A DNA stretch of 43,731 bases from contig PBEG01000013.1 in the NCBI GenBank assembly GCA_002718395.1, positions 1-43,731 of the forward strand, read 5' to 3'. A model generated the notes under the pieces. The model was not told the origin of the DNA. It did no database searches and was given only the letters and a program-made list of their open reading frames with translations. Numbering within the stretch: position 1 is the stretch's first letter; each line of letters begins with the position of its first letter. Position numbers and translations under genes: made by a program. The DNA comes from Chloroflexota bacterium. GTDB taxonomy: Bacteria; Chloroflexota; Dehalococcoidia; UBA2979. Below, in pieces: positions 28,372 to 38,162 of the stretch.

Positions 28372-28396
28372 ACAACTCATTAGTTAGGAGTGAATA

Positions 28397-29869
28397 TTGA
28401 ATCAATATTCTTTATCAATTGAAGAAGTAAAGCAGGTTGATGCAAGTCAATATAATGCAGTTGCTATCTATAAACAAATACGAGCAGATTTTGAAACTCC
28501 TCTTTCTATTTATCTTAAATTGCAAGGTGGTGATTATTCTTATTTGCTAGAATCAGCTGAATTTGGCAGGCAGGGACGCTATTCATTAATTGGGGCAGAC
28601 CCATATGAAATTTATGTTGAAGATAGTGATTCACATACCGATCCTCTGAAGTTTGTTGAAAAAAAATTACAGGAAATCAAAGCTCCAGCCTCGCAAGAGT
28701 TACCAAGTTTTTGCGGTGGAGCAGTTGGTTATCTATCATTTGAATATATATCAAATGTTGAATCAAGAATTAAAAGTGATTTGCCAGAAACTCTTGATGT
28801 GCCTAAATCATTATTTATGTTCTCTGACTCTGTAGTTGTTTATGATCATCTATTGCATAGTATTAAAATTGTTAGTCATGTTCGATTAAATGGTGATGTA
28901 GAGAAAAATTATGATTATGCAATAAATAAGATTGAAGAAATTATCATAAAAATTACACAACCGTTAGATGGCTTGCCATATGAACCAATCTCTGGAAAAA
29001 CTAATTCAGATGTTGTTTCAAATTGGTTACCAGAAGACTATAAAAATGCAGTTAATGTTATTAAGCAATATATTGAAAAGGGCGATATCATTCAAGCGGT
29101 TTTGTCACAGAGATTTAGCGTAGAAACAGGGGCTCATCCTTTTGAAATTTATAGGTCATTAAGAGCAATTAACCCATCACCTTATATGTATTTTATGAAA
29201 TTCAAAGACACTCATATTGTTGGTGCTTCTCCAGAGTTATTAGTTAAAATAGAAAATAATATAATTGAAAATCATCCAATCGCAGGTACAAGACCCCGCG
29301 GCAAGGATGCAAAAGAAGATTCAATCCTATCAAATGAGCTAAAAAATGATTCTAAAGAAATAGCTGAACATGTTATGTTGTTAGATTTAGGTCGTAATGA
29401 CATAGGGAAAGTAGCTAATTCTGGAACAGTTGAAGTCACTCAACAGTTTGATGTTGAATATTTTTCTCACGTGATGCATTTAGTTTCTCATGTAAGAGGA
29501 GAATTGAATCAAGAACATACTCCTTATGATGCGTTACGTTCATCATTTCCGGCAGGAACAGTTTCTGGAGCACCAAAAATTAGAGCAATAGAAATTATTC
29601 AAGAATTAGAACCTGATAAACGAGGCCCATATGCTGGAGCTGTTGGATTTTTTAGTACTACTGGTGATATAGAAACTTGTATTACGATTCGCACTATGGT
29701 CATACAAGATGGAACGGCATACATTCAGGCAGGTGGAGGAATTGTGTTTGATTCAGATCCTCAAAAAGAATTTAAAGAGACACAACATAAAGCCCAGGCA
29801 TTAATTGCTTCAATAAGAGATGCTGAGGCATATAACCATCTTGATAAAATTGGTCAATTAGGATATTAA
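28397..29869 (+). CDS. trpE: Anthranilate synthase component I
   Basis: LLES and NPSPYM Trp-feedback motifs, PIAGTRPRG, EHVMLLDLGRND, FPAGTVSGAPK; TTG start after AGGAGTG. Confidence 0.96.
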   Translation: MNQYSLSIEEVKQVDASQYNAVAIYKQIRADFETPLSIYLKLQGGDYSYLLESAEFGRQGRYSLIGADPYEIYVEDSDSHTDPLKFVEKKLQEIKAPASQELPSFCGGAVGYLSFEYISNVESRIKSDLPETLDVPKSLFMFSDSVVVYDHLLHSIKIVSHVRLNGDVEKNYDYAINKIEEIIIKITQPLDGLPYEPISGKTNSDVVSNWLPEDYKNAVNVIKQYIEKGDIIQAVLSQRFSVETGAHPFEIYRSLRAINPSPYMYFMKFKDTHIVGASPELLVKIENNIIENHPIAGTRPRGKDAKEDSILSNELKNDSKEIAEHVMLLDLGRNDIGKVANSGTVEVTQQFDVEYFSHVMHLVSHVRGELNQEHTPYDALRSSFPAGTVSGAPKIRAIEIIQELEPDKRGPYAGAVGFFSTTGDIETCITIRTMVIQDGTAYIQAGGGIVFDSDPQKEFKETQHKAQALIASIRDAEAYNHLDKIGQLGY

Positions 29870-29873
29870 GTGG

Positions 29874-30458
29874 ATGCAAAATATGATACTAATTATTGAT
29901 AATTATGATTCATTTACCTATAACTTATTTCAGTATTTCTCTGAATTAAGTGATTTACCTATACAAGTTGTTAGAAACGATAGCGTAACTATAGATGAAT
30001 GCTTGCAATTACAACCACAGTATGTTGTGGTATCGCCTGGCCCATGTACGCCTAATGAAGCTGGAATCAGCACAGCATTAATTAATAAACTTGCAGGCGA
30101 GGTACCAATTTTAGGAGTATGTTTAGGGCATCAATGCATTGGCCAAGCATTTGGAGGCAAAATTGTGCCTGCAGGGGAAATTTTACATGGTAAAAAATCA
30201 ATAATCCATCATGATGAAAAAGGTATTTTCAATAATATACCTAAAGATTTTGCAGCAATTAGATATCATTCTTTAGTTATAGATGAAACAAGCTTGCCAA
30301 ATGGGCTAGAAATTTCTGCACGTTCTGATTCCAATTTAATAATGGGTATTAGGAATGAAGATTTGATGATTGAAGGAATTCAATTCCATCCAGAATCAAT
30401 TGCTACTGATTACGGCAAAAATATGATTGCAAATTTTCTTTCTATTTATCAACGTTAA
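29874..30458 (+). CDS. trpG: Anthranilate synthase component II (glutamine amidotransferase)
   Basis: IDNYDSFTYN, SPGP, GVCLGHQ, RYHSL, QFHPES; start may be ATG 29883. Confidence 0.95.
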   Translation: MQNMILIIDNYDSFTYNLFQYFSELSDLPIQVVRNDSVTIDECLQLQPQYVVVSPGPCTPNEAGISTALINKLAGEVPILGVCLGHQCIGQAFGGKIVPAGEILHGKKSIIHHDEKGIFNNIPKDFAAIRYHSLVIDETSLPNGLEISARSDSNLIMGIRNEDLMIEGIQFHPESIATDYGKNMIANFLSIYQR

Positions 30459-30479
30459 GTTCAGAAATTGGAGACTAGT

Positions 30480-31517
30480 ATGCCTAAAAATGTTTCAAAC
30501 GCGATTAACATAATTGTTAATGAACACCGAGATCTTAATGAAAATGAGGCATATAACGCGTTGAATGACATTATGATGGGCCAAGCTATAGATGAAGAAG
30601 TATCAAGTTTACTGACTTGCTTAGCAGAGAAAGGGGAAAGTGCATCAGAAATAAATGGCATGGTAAAAGTTATGCAAGAACAATGTTTGAAGGTTGGCCA
30701 AGTTGAGTATCCTCTTTTAGATACATGCGGGACAGGCGGTGCTGAGATAAAAACATTTAATGTTTCAACCGCGTCAGCTTTTGTAGCTGCTGCAGCAGGA
30801 GCAAATGTCGCTAAACATGGTAATCGGGCCATGACATCAAAATCCGGTTCAGCAGATTTTTTAGAAGCACTAGGAGTAAAAATTGACTTAGAGCCTAATG
30901 TAGTAAGTGCATGTATTAAAAATACGGGGATTGGTTTTATGTTTGCTCAAAGTTTTCATCCAGCTATGAAATATGTGGCGAACATAAGAAGATCTCTAGG
31001 ATTTAGGACAATATTTAATTTATTGGGTCCTTTGACTAATCCAGCACAAGCAAACTGTAGAATTCTTGGAACAAGTTCTGTAGAACTCGCAGAGAAAATG
31101 GCAACTGCCCTAACAAAAATGGATATTCGGCACGGCTTAGTTGTTACTGGCGAAGAGGGGATTGATGAAATTTCTATTATGGGCGCAACTCATATTTTTG
31201 AAATAAAAAATAATGAAATGAGTTCATATTCCATTCATCCTTCTGATTTTGGTCTAAATACACATGATATTAAAAAAGTTGAGAGTAAGTCGCCTAATGA
31301 AAATGCAGAAATTTTTCGTAACATCTTATCAGGTCAAGGACCGACAGAATATTTGGATTTTATATCTATCAATGCAGGTGCAGCTTTGTACACTACTGGT
31401 CATGCAAGTTCCATTGCTCAAGGAATAGGTATTGCCAATACAGTTATAGATAATGGAGATGTCGCAGCTAAAGTTGCTGCTTTTGTGGACTACACACAAA
31501 AAAATATTTCAGAATAA
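30480..31517 (+). CDS. trpD: Anthranilate phosphoribosyltransferase
   Basis: DTCGTGG, FNVST, KHGNR, SGSAD, FNLLGPLTNP; ATG 30480 after GGAG. Confidence 0.96.
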   Translation: MPKNVSNAINIIVNEHRDLNENEAYNALNDIMMGQAIDEEVSSLLTCLAEKGESASEINGMVKVMQEQCLKVGQVEYPLLDTCGTGGAEIKTFNVSTASAFVAAAAGANVAKHGNRAMTSKSGSADFLEALGVKIDLEPNVVSACIKNTGIGFMFAQSFHPAMKYVANIRRSLGFRTIFNLLGPLTNPAQANCRILGTSSVELAEKMATALTKMDIRHGLVVTGEEGIDEISIMGATHIFEIKNNEMSSYSIHPSDFGLNTHDIKKVESKSPNENAEIFRNILSGQGPTEYLDFISINAGAALYTTGHASSIAQGIGIANTVIDNGDVAAKVAAFVDYTQKNISE

Positions 31518-31533
31518 ATTATTGGATAATTAC

Positions 31534-32388
31534 ATGACAAAAAAAACAAACACAATTATAGATAAAATAGTATTGCAAGTTAAAAATAATTTAAATGAAA
31601 AAAAGAAATCATCTTCAACAATAGATATGATTAATTTAGCAAATAAAGATTCTAGAAAAGTTATTAGCTTATCTGAAAGAATTACACAAAAAACATTATC
31701 TGATTCAAATGTTGCACAAATTGGTCTAATTGCTGAAATTAAACGCGCGTCACCATCAAAAGGGGTTTTTGATAAAAACTTTGATGCAGCTGAAGTAGCA
31801 GATGTTTATGCTTCTAATGGCGTTTCAGGTATTTCAATTCTTACTGAACCTGATTATTTTTTAGGAAGCTTAGCTGATCTTAGATTATGTTATGAAAACC
31901 TGCTTCTTAATTATAAAAATGATAGACCAGCAATTTTAAGAAAAGATTTTATTATAGATTCATTTCAAGTTTATGAATCATTTATTAATGGAGCAGATGC
32001 TTTTTTGCTAATTTCAAAAATATTAGAGAAAAATCAAATAGTAGAACTTATGAACCACGGCAAAGCATTAGGCATTGAAGCGCTAATTGAGGTACATAAC
32101 AAAAAGGAATTACTTCAAGCCTTAGAAATAGGTGCTAAATTAATTGGTATAAATAATAGAAACTTAGATGATTTTTCAGAAAACTTAGAATTATCTATTC
32201 AGCTTTCTAAAGAGGCACCAAGTGACGTTGTTATAATTTCCGAATCAGGAATTAGAACTGTTGAAGATGTACGTAAACTAGTGGAACATAATATTGATGG
32301 AATATTAGTAGGAGAAGCGTTTATGTCTGGAGGCTTCAATCATAAAAATGTATCGAAAAAAATTCGCTCCTTTATGATGGTAGAGTAA
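31534..32388 (+). CDS. trpC: Indole-3-glycerol phosphate synthase
   Basis: IAEIKRASPSKG, SILTE, LRKDFI, GINNRNL, SESGI; start moved to ATG 31534. Confidence 0.96.
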   Translation: MTKKTNTIIDKIVLQVKNNLNEKKKSSSTIDMINLANKDSRKVISLSERITQKTLSDSNVAQIGLIAEIKRASPSKGVFDKNFDAAEVADVYASNGVSGISILTEPDYFLGSLADLRLCYENLLLNYKNDRPAILRKDFIIDSFQVYESFINGADAFLLISKILEKNQIVELMNHGKALGIEALIEVHNKKELLQALEIGAKLIGINNRNLDDFSENLELSIQLSKEAPSDVVIISESGIRTVEDVRKLVEHNIDGILVGEAFMSGGFNHKNVSKKIRSFMMVE

Positions 32389-32394
32389 TTTATC

Positions 32395-33126
32395 ATGAAA
32401 ATTAAAATTTGTGGAATTAAAGATGTTGCAACAGCAGAATTTTGTAAAGGAACTGATGTTGATTTTGTTGGATTAGTCTTTACAAAATCTTCTAGAAAAA
32501 TTAGTGTACAAACTGCCGCAAAAATTGTAGATTCATTAGGTTCTCCATTAAAAAATTTTAAGTTTAATGACACATTGCCTAAACATCCAATTATGAATAC
32601 GAATGAATGGTTCGTTGAAAGCCATAAAGTTTTAGATTTTTATTTAAATATTAAAAAACCTCTTACCGTTGGTGTTTTTGCAAATGAATCTATTGAAGAA
32701 ATTAATAATATTGTTGAGGTAACAGGCATAGATTTAGTTCAATTGGCTGGTGAATACGATATTGAAGACTCACAAGCAATTAATTGTCAAACATTATATT
32801 CGTTGGGCATTAATGATTATTCGAGCCCCGAACTACTCAAGGATCAAATTCGTTCTGGATTTGCATTATCATTAATTTTTGATTCTTTAAGCTCAGATAG
32901 TTTAGGAGGTACAGGCAAGGTGTTTAATTGGGATATTTTGCAAGATATTTCTATTCAGATACCTTTTCTGCTTGCAGGTGGTTTAAATATTGATAATGTA
33001 GAATTAGCAATGAAGATTTGTAGACCGTGGGGATTAGATGTTTCAAGTGGAGTTGAAAGCAATGGAGTTAAAGATCTCAATTTAATTGAAGAGTTCGTTA
33101 ATAGAGTTAGGGGATTTAATGGTTAA
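32395..33126 (+). CDS. trpF: Phosphoribosylanthranilate isomerase
   Basis: [32 protein letters not shown]. Confidence 0.95.
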   Translation: MKIKICGIKDVATAEFCKGTDVDFVGLVFTKSSRKISVQTAAKIVDSLGSPLKNFKFNDTLPKHPIMNTNEWFVESHKVLDFYLNIKKPLTVGVFANESIEEINNIVEVTGIDLVQLAGEYDIEDSQAINCQTLYSLGINDYSSPELLKDQIRSGFALSLIFDSLSSDSLGGTGKVFNWDILQDISIQIPFLLAGGLNIDNVELAMKICRPWGLDVSSGVESNGVKDLNLIEEFVNRVRGFNG

Positions 33127-34312
33127 AAAATTTCCAGATCAAGAAGGAAGATTTGGTGAATATGGTGGCAAATTTGTCCCTGAAACTTTGATGCCTGCGC
33201 TTAATGATTTAGAAAAAGAATTTAACTCGGCAATTACAAATGATGCATTTAATAATGAACTTAATTATCTTCTAAATACTTATGTAGGTAGACCTACTCC
33301 ATTAACTTATGCAAAAAATCTTTCTAAGCGAATAGGTTGTAAAATCTATTTAAAACGTGAAGATCTTTGTCATACAGGTGCACATAAAATCAATGCAGCA
33401 CTTGCCCAGGCTTTATTAGTAAAAAGAATGGGTAAAAAAAGGATAGTAGCTGAAACTGGAGCAGGTCAACATGGTGTTGCAACAGCAACTGCCTGTGCTT
33501 TATTAGGTATTCAGGCAGTTATCTATATGGGTTCCAAAGATTATGAAAGACAAAAAATTAATGTTGCACGTATGAAATTATTGGGCGCAAAGGTTGAACA
33601 AGTAAATTCTGGTTCCATGACTCTTAAAGATGCTATCAATGAAGCAATAAGGGATTGGGTAACAAATGTTGACAATACTCATTATTTAATTGGTAGCGTA
33701 GTAGGTCCACATCCTTATCCTGAAATGGTGAGGCATTTTCAATCAATTATTGGAGATGAAGTTAAAGAACAAATAAAAGAATATGAGGGTAAACTGCCTG
33801 ATTATATCCTTGCTTGTGTGGGAGGAGGGTCCAATGCCATGGGTATTTTTTACCCTTTTATTAATGAAAAAGACACAAATTTAATTGGGATTGAGGCTGC
33901 TGGTGAAGGCATTGATAAATCACATGCTGCAACGCTTTCTGCTGGCACTTTAGGTATTTTGCATGGCGCAAAATCTTTAGTTTTGCAAAATCAAGATGGT
34001 CAAATTGAAGAAGCTCACTCTATTTCAGCAGGCTTAGATTATCCAGGCGTTGGCCCAGAGCACGCCTGGTTAAAAGATACTAAGCGTACAACTTATTTTA
34101 GTGTTACTGATGAACAAGCTTTGGCTGGGGTTGAATTACTTGCTAATACTGAAGGAATTATTCCTGCTCTCGAAACAGCACATGCCATTGGTTATTTAGA
34201 AGAATTATCAAAAGAAATAAAATCAGATTCTGTATTAGTTTTAAATGTGAGTGGTCGCGGTGATAAAGACATGGACATTATTGCGAAGCGACTTAATTTT
34301 TTTACTAATTGA
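33119..34312 (+). CDS. trpB: Tryptophan synthase beta chain
   Basis: HTGAHKIN (PLP Lys), [32 protein letters not shown]; ATG 33119 after AGGGG. Confidence 0.97.
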   Translation: MVKKFPDQEGRFGEYGGKFVPETLMPALNDLEKEFNSAITNDAFNNELNYLLNTYVGRPTPLTYAKNLSKRIGCKIYLKREDLCHTGAHKINAALAQALLVKRMGKKRIVAETGAGQHGVATATACALLGIQAVIYMGSKDYERQKINVARMKLLGAKVEQVNSGSMTLKDAINEAIRDWVTNVDNTHYLIGSVVGPHPYPEMVRHFQSIIGDEVKEQIKEYEGKLPDYILACVGGGSNAMGIFYPFINEKDTNLIGIEAAGEGIDKSHAATLSAGTLGILHGAKSLVLQNQDGQIEEAHSISAGLDYPGVGPEHAWLKDTKRTTYFSVTDEQALAGVELLANTEGIIPALETAHAIGYLEELSKEIKSDSVLVLNVSGRGDKDMDIIAKRLNFFTN

Positions 34313-35004
34313 ATGTATTTGTTATGATAAAGATATCATTAAAAGAAATTGCCCTGGTTATTTTTAGTCTTTTTTTATATATGGTGTCACTTGTTTTCTT
34401 GGTAATGCCAATAGAAATTATTTTTGGAATTTCTACTAAATTTGGTGGTGCAATTTTAGGTATTGCATGGCAAATCTCTGTCCTATTTTTTTTATTTCAA
34501 TACAGTATAAAAAAAAGATTATCATATGATTTTTTTGGTATCAGTTTTCCAAATTCTTGGAAATATTATATTTTTGCATGGGCTGGCTCTTATTTAATTT
34601 TTATTTTTTACGGGTTATTTTTGTATATTCTAGAATTTTTTGGCATTACAAATGCTATTGATAATTTTTCTGGCCAGGAATTACCCTTCAGTAAAAATGA
34701 GAATATCTATTTATTAATTCTTATGACTATATCTATAACTATTATTGCTCCTATTGTTGAAGAGATTTTATTCAGAGGCTATTTATTCAAAGCATTACTT
34801 TCCCATTTCCCTATTCAAGTATCTGCTTTAATTAGCGGTCTTAGTTTTTCACTTTTTCATTTACAATTAACGGTAGTAATTCCTTTTATGTTTGTTGGTT
34901 GGCTTTTTGCTAATACTAGGATAAGATCTGGATCACTGCTTCCTTCTATTTTTGCTCATGCAAGTATAAATAGTTTGAGCATGATATACTTTTTTGCTTC
35001 TTAA
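34309..35004 (+). CDS. CPBP family (Abi/CAAX type II) intramembrane metalloprotease
   Basis: EEILFRG, FSLFH and HASIN motifs; multi-TM; TTGA overlap with the trpB stop (alternative ATG 34324). Confidence 0.9.
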   Translation: MNVFVMIKISLKEIALVIFSLFLYMVSLVFLVMPIEIIFGISTKFGGAILGIAWQISVLFFLFQYSIKKRLSYDFFGISFPNSWKYYIFAWAGSYLIFIFYGLFLYILEFFGITNAIDNFSGQELPFSKNENIYLLILMTISITIIAPIVEEILFRGYLFKALLSHFPIQVSALISGLSFSLFHLQLTVVIPFMFVGWLFANTRIRSGSLLPSIFAHASINSLSMIYFFAS

Positions 35005-35020
35005 TTTTTTAGGAATTAAT

Positions 35021-35821
35021 ATGACAAATAGAATCGACATACTCTTTAATGAACTTTCATTAAATAATGAGACTGCAGTGATCCCCTTTGTTCCTATCAG
35101 CTGGCCAAGTCCAAATCAAACAGAAGAAATTGTTGAAGAAGCACTCAATGCTGGAGCACATGCAATTGAATTAGGTGTTCCTTTTAGTGATCCTCTAGCA
35201 GATGGTGCTACTAATCAGCTGGCATATCAAGAAGCATTAAAGAATGGCGCAAATATGCAAGAATTATTTAAAATCGTTAATAATTTAAGAAATAAAAATG
35301 TAAATAAGCCAATAATTGCATTTAGTTATTTTAATCCTATTCATAGTTATGGATTGAAGAACTTTGCCAGTAAAGCTAAAGAAGTTGGATTAGACGGAGT
35401 AATTGTAGTTGATCTACCTCCTGAAGAATCAGAAATGTTTTCTAAATTATGTATTAATAATGATCTGCACCAAATTTTTTTACTTGCTCCTACCTCGACT
35501 GACATAAGAATAAGAAATGTTACTGAACAAGCATCAGGGTTTATTTATTGCGTTAGCGTATCTGGTACTACAGGTGTTAGAGAGAATTTTTCACAAGATT
35601 TAATACATTTTGTTGAAAAAATAAAACAACATACTGAAGTTCCAATTGTGATAGGCTTTGGTATTTCTAGCAAGCAACATATTGAATTTGTTAGCAAGAT
35701 TGCAAATGGTGCAGTTGTAGGAAGTGCATTTGTTGAATCTATAAGGGCAAATCAAGAAGGTGATCAATATAGAAAAATAACAGAATTTATACAAAATTTA
35801 GTTGAGGTGAATAATGAATAA
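35021..35821 (+). CDS. trpA: Tryptophan synthase alpha chain
   Basis: IELGVPFSDPLADG, YFNPI, DLPPEE, SGTTG, GFGIS, VVGSA; ATG 35021 after AGGA. Confidence 0.97.
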   Translation: MTNRIDILFNELSLNNETAVIPFVPISWPSPNQTEEIVEEALNAGAHAIELGVPFSDPLADGATNQLAYQEALKNGANMQELFKIVNNLRNKNVNKPIIAFSYFNPIHSYGLKNFASKAKEVGLDGVIVVDLPPEESEMFSKLCINNDLHQIFLLAPTSTDIRIRNVTEQASGFIYCVSVSGTTGVRENFSQDLIHFVEKIKQHTEVPIVIGFGISSKQHIEFVSKIANGAVVGSAFVESIRANQEGDQYRKITEFIQNLVEVNNE

Positions 35822-35854
35822 ATTTATCTTAATGAGTAGAAAGAATGTGTTGCT

Positions 35855-36223
35855 ATGTCAAAAATTATGCTAGGTATTAGAGGTGCAATAACTATAGAAA
35901 ATAATGATTCTTTAGAGATCGTAAAGGGTTCTGAAGAATTATTATCTGAAATTATAAAATTAAATAATATTGCCTCTGAAGATATCGTGTCAATTTTCTT
36001 CAGTACTACAAAAGATTTAAATGCTGAATATCCTACCGTTGCTGCAAGAAATATTGGGTTAATAAATACCGCTTTAATGTGTACTCATGAAATGGATGTA
36101 CCAAACGGTCTAGAAAAATGTGTGCGTATACTACTACATGTAAACGCAAATCAAGGATACAATAACATAAAGCATGTTTATCTAAAAGGGGCAAAGAGTT
36201 TGCGACCAGATTTAATTGATTAA
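35855..36223 (+). CDS. aroH: Chorismate mutase, AroH (Bacillus-type) class
   Basis: GIRGAIT, MCTHEMDV, CVRILL, HVYLKGAKSLRPDL; start may be ATG 35867. Confidence 0.95.
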   Translation: MSKIMLGIRGAITIENNDSLEIVKGSEELLSEIIKLNNIASEDIVSIFFSTTKDLNAEYPTVAARNIGLINTALMCTHEMDVPNGLEKCVRILLHVNANQGYNNIKHVYLKGAKSLRPDLID

Positions 36224-36242
36224 ATAATCTAAGGATATAAAT

Positions 36243-37274
36243 ATGATAATAATTATGAGTAATGATTTTACTCCGGATAATCTATCTGATATTAACAAAC
36301 GTCTTGATGACGGCGGTCTTCAAGGCAAGCAAATAGAGGGAACTGAAAAAACAGTTATTGCAGTTGTTGGTAATGTGTACCCAGAACTAAGAGATGAAAT
36401 GTCCAGGATGCCAGGCGTTTCTTCCGTTGTGAGAATTTCTAAACCTTATAAATTATCTTCTAGAGAAACTAAACAAGAAGATACAATAGTTGACCTACCC
36501 TTTAATGTTTCAGTTGGAGGCAACCAATTTGTAGTTATGGCAGGACCTTGTTCCATTGAAAGTCGTGAGCAATTATTTGAAACTGCTGCTTCTGTAAAGG
36601 CTGCCGGTGCACATGTTTTAAGAGGTGGTGCTTTTAAACCTCGAAGTTCACCATATTCATTCCGTGGATTAGGCGAAGAAGGCTTAAAGTTATTATTTGA
36701 AGCACGTGAAGAATTTAACATGCCAGTTATAACTGAAGTTTTATCAGTAAGAGATGTAGATTTAGTAGCTCAATATTCTGATGTATTACAAATTGGCGCA
36801 AGAAATATGCAGAATTTTATTTTATTGGATGAAGTTGGTAAAACAGGCAAACCAGTTATGCTAAAAAGAGCTCTTTCTGGTTCTATCGAAGAATGGCTGT
36901 TAGCATCAGAATATATTTTATCGCAAGATAATCCTAATGTAATTTTATGTGAAAGAGGTATTCGTACTTTTGAGAAGGCCACAAGAAATACGCTTGATTT
37001 AGGTGCTATTGCATTAGTCAAACAATTAAGCCATTTACCAGTTATATCTGATCCGTCTCATGGAACGGGGTTGTGGGACTTAGTTGAGCCTATGTCATTG
37101 GCTAGTATAGCAGTTGGAGCAGATGGTTTAATGATAGAAGTGCATCCAAATCCTGAACTTGCATTATCTGATGGCCCACAGTCACTTAAACTTGATACTT
37201 TTAATAATCTTATGGGTGTAGCTTCTAATTTAGCAAAAGTAGTTGGCAAGCCCATGGCTGAGCTACCAAGTTAA
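36243..37274 (+). CDS. aroF: DAHP synthase class I-beta with N-terminal ferredoxin-like/ACT regulatory domain
   Basis: AGPCSIE, GGAFKPRSSPYSF, QIGARNMQNF, CERGIRTF, DPSHG, SDGPQSL. Confidence 0.95.
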   Translation: MIIIMSNDFTPDNLSDINKRLDDGGLQGKQIEGTEKTVIAVVGNVYPELRDEMSRMPGVSSVVRISKPYKLSSRETKQEDTIVDLPFNVSVGGNQFVVMAGPCSIESREQLFETAASVKAAGAHVLRGGAFKPRSSPYSFRGLGEEGLKLLFEAREEFNMPVITEVLSVRDVDLVAQYSDVLQIGARNMQNFILLDEVGKTGKPVMLKRALSGSIEEWLLASEYILSQDNPNVILCERGIRTFEKATRNTLDLGAIALVKQLSHLPVISDPSHGTGLWDLVEPMSLASIAVGADGLMIEVHPNPELALSDGPQSLKLDTFNNLMGVASNLAKVVGKPMAELPS

Positions 37275-37306
37275 TCATAGTTTCTTTATTTTTATGAAAG
37301 GTCGTT

Positions 37307-38143
37307 GTGTTGCTTGAAGAAAACCAAGCAGACTTTATTGATACATTAAAACAAGCACGTAACAATGAAATTGATTTCGAAGTTAATCTTGAAGTATTTA
37401 ATGGGCCTTTAAACCTCTTATTATTTGTTATTGAAAAAAATGAAGTTAATGTTTTAGATATTTCAATCATTAACATAATTAAAGATTATTTATTATTTTT
37501 AGATTCACAAAATAGTGTTGATGTAAATGAATTGAGTAATTTTTTATTATTAGCTTCAAGAATTATGTTAATAAAATCCAGAAATTTACTTCCTGATGAA
37601 TTTTTAAATCAATTAGACAGTGATGAAGACTTTAACAATGATGAAAGCCTAGATCATCTTTCTAGCGCATTAAATGAAATAAAAAACTATCAAGATATTA
37701 TTAAAGAATTAAAAGAACTAGAATATACGGGCCAGTCTCATATAAGAGAAAATGTTTTTGAGAAGGTATCAAATTTTGAAGATTCCCTAGATGGAGTTTC
37801 TCTTGAAGCATTGTCAGTTTTATTTAATCAAGCAGTAGAAAGGATTAAGCTTAATCAACATTCTAATAATACCGCTATGGGCTTAAATGAAAAGATTTCA
37901 TTTACAGATAGAATTGGCGCTTTAACTAAGACATTGAATACAAATCAATCAATTGATTTTTTTGATTACATCTCACAAGCTTCTTCTTTAGAGCAAATTA
38001 TTGTTGATTTTTTATGCATTTTGACATTAATCAAAGTTGGTTATGTAAATGTTCTTCAAGATAATAAATTTGGCCCTATACTTATAAATAAATTAGATGG
38101 AGTTAATGAAAATATATTATCTTCAATCGTTAATGAATTTTAA
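37307..38143 (+). CDS. scpA: Segregation and condensation protein A (kleisin)
   Basis: FNGPLNLLL (FEGPLDLLL-like), FLLLASRIMLIKSRNLLP, C-terminal FLCILTLIK..QDNKFGPI. Confidence 0.88.
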   Translation: MLLEENQADFIDTLKQARNNEIDFEVNLEVFNGPLNLLLFVIEKNEVNVLDISIINIIKDYLLFLDSQNSVDVNELSNFLLLASRIMLIKSRNLLPDEFLNQLDSDEDFNNDESLDHLSSALNEIKNYQDIIKELKELEYTGQSHIRENVFEKVSNFEDSLDGVSLEALSVLFNQAVERIKLNQHSNNTAMGLNEKISFTDRIGALTKTLNTNQSIDFFDYISQASSLEQIIVDFLCILTLIKVGYVNVLQDNKFGPILINKLDGVNENILSSIVNEF

Positions 38144-38162
38144 TTTTTTTGGAGGTATTTAG

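Noticed and set aside
28375-28386. AACTCATTAGTT before trpE as a possible TrpR operator
   Set aside because: Only a 4-bp dyad, and the ACT-to-AGT spacing (4 nt) does not match the E. coli trp operator geometry.
34309-35004. CPBP 'Abi' gene as an anti-phage abortive infection system
   Set aside because: The Abi label for this family is historical; no defence-island context or mobile genes nearby.
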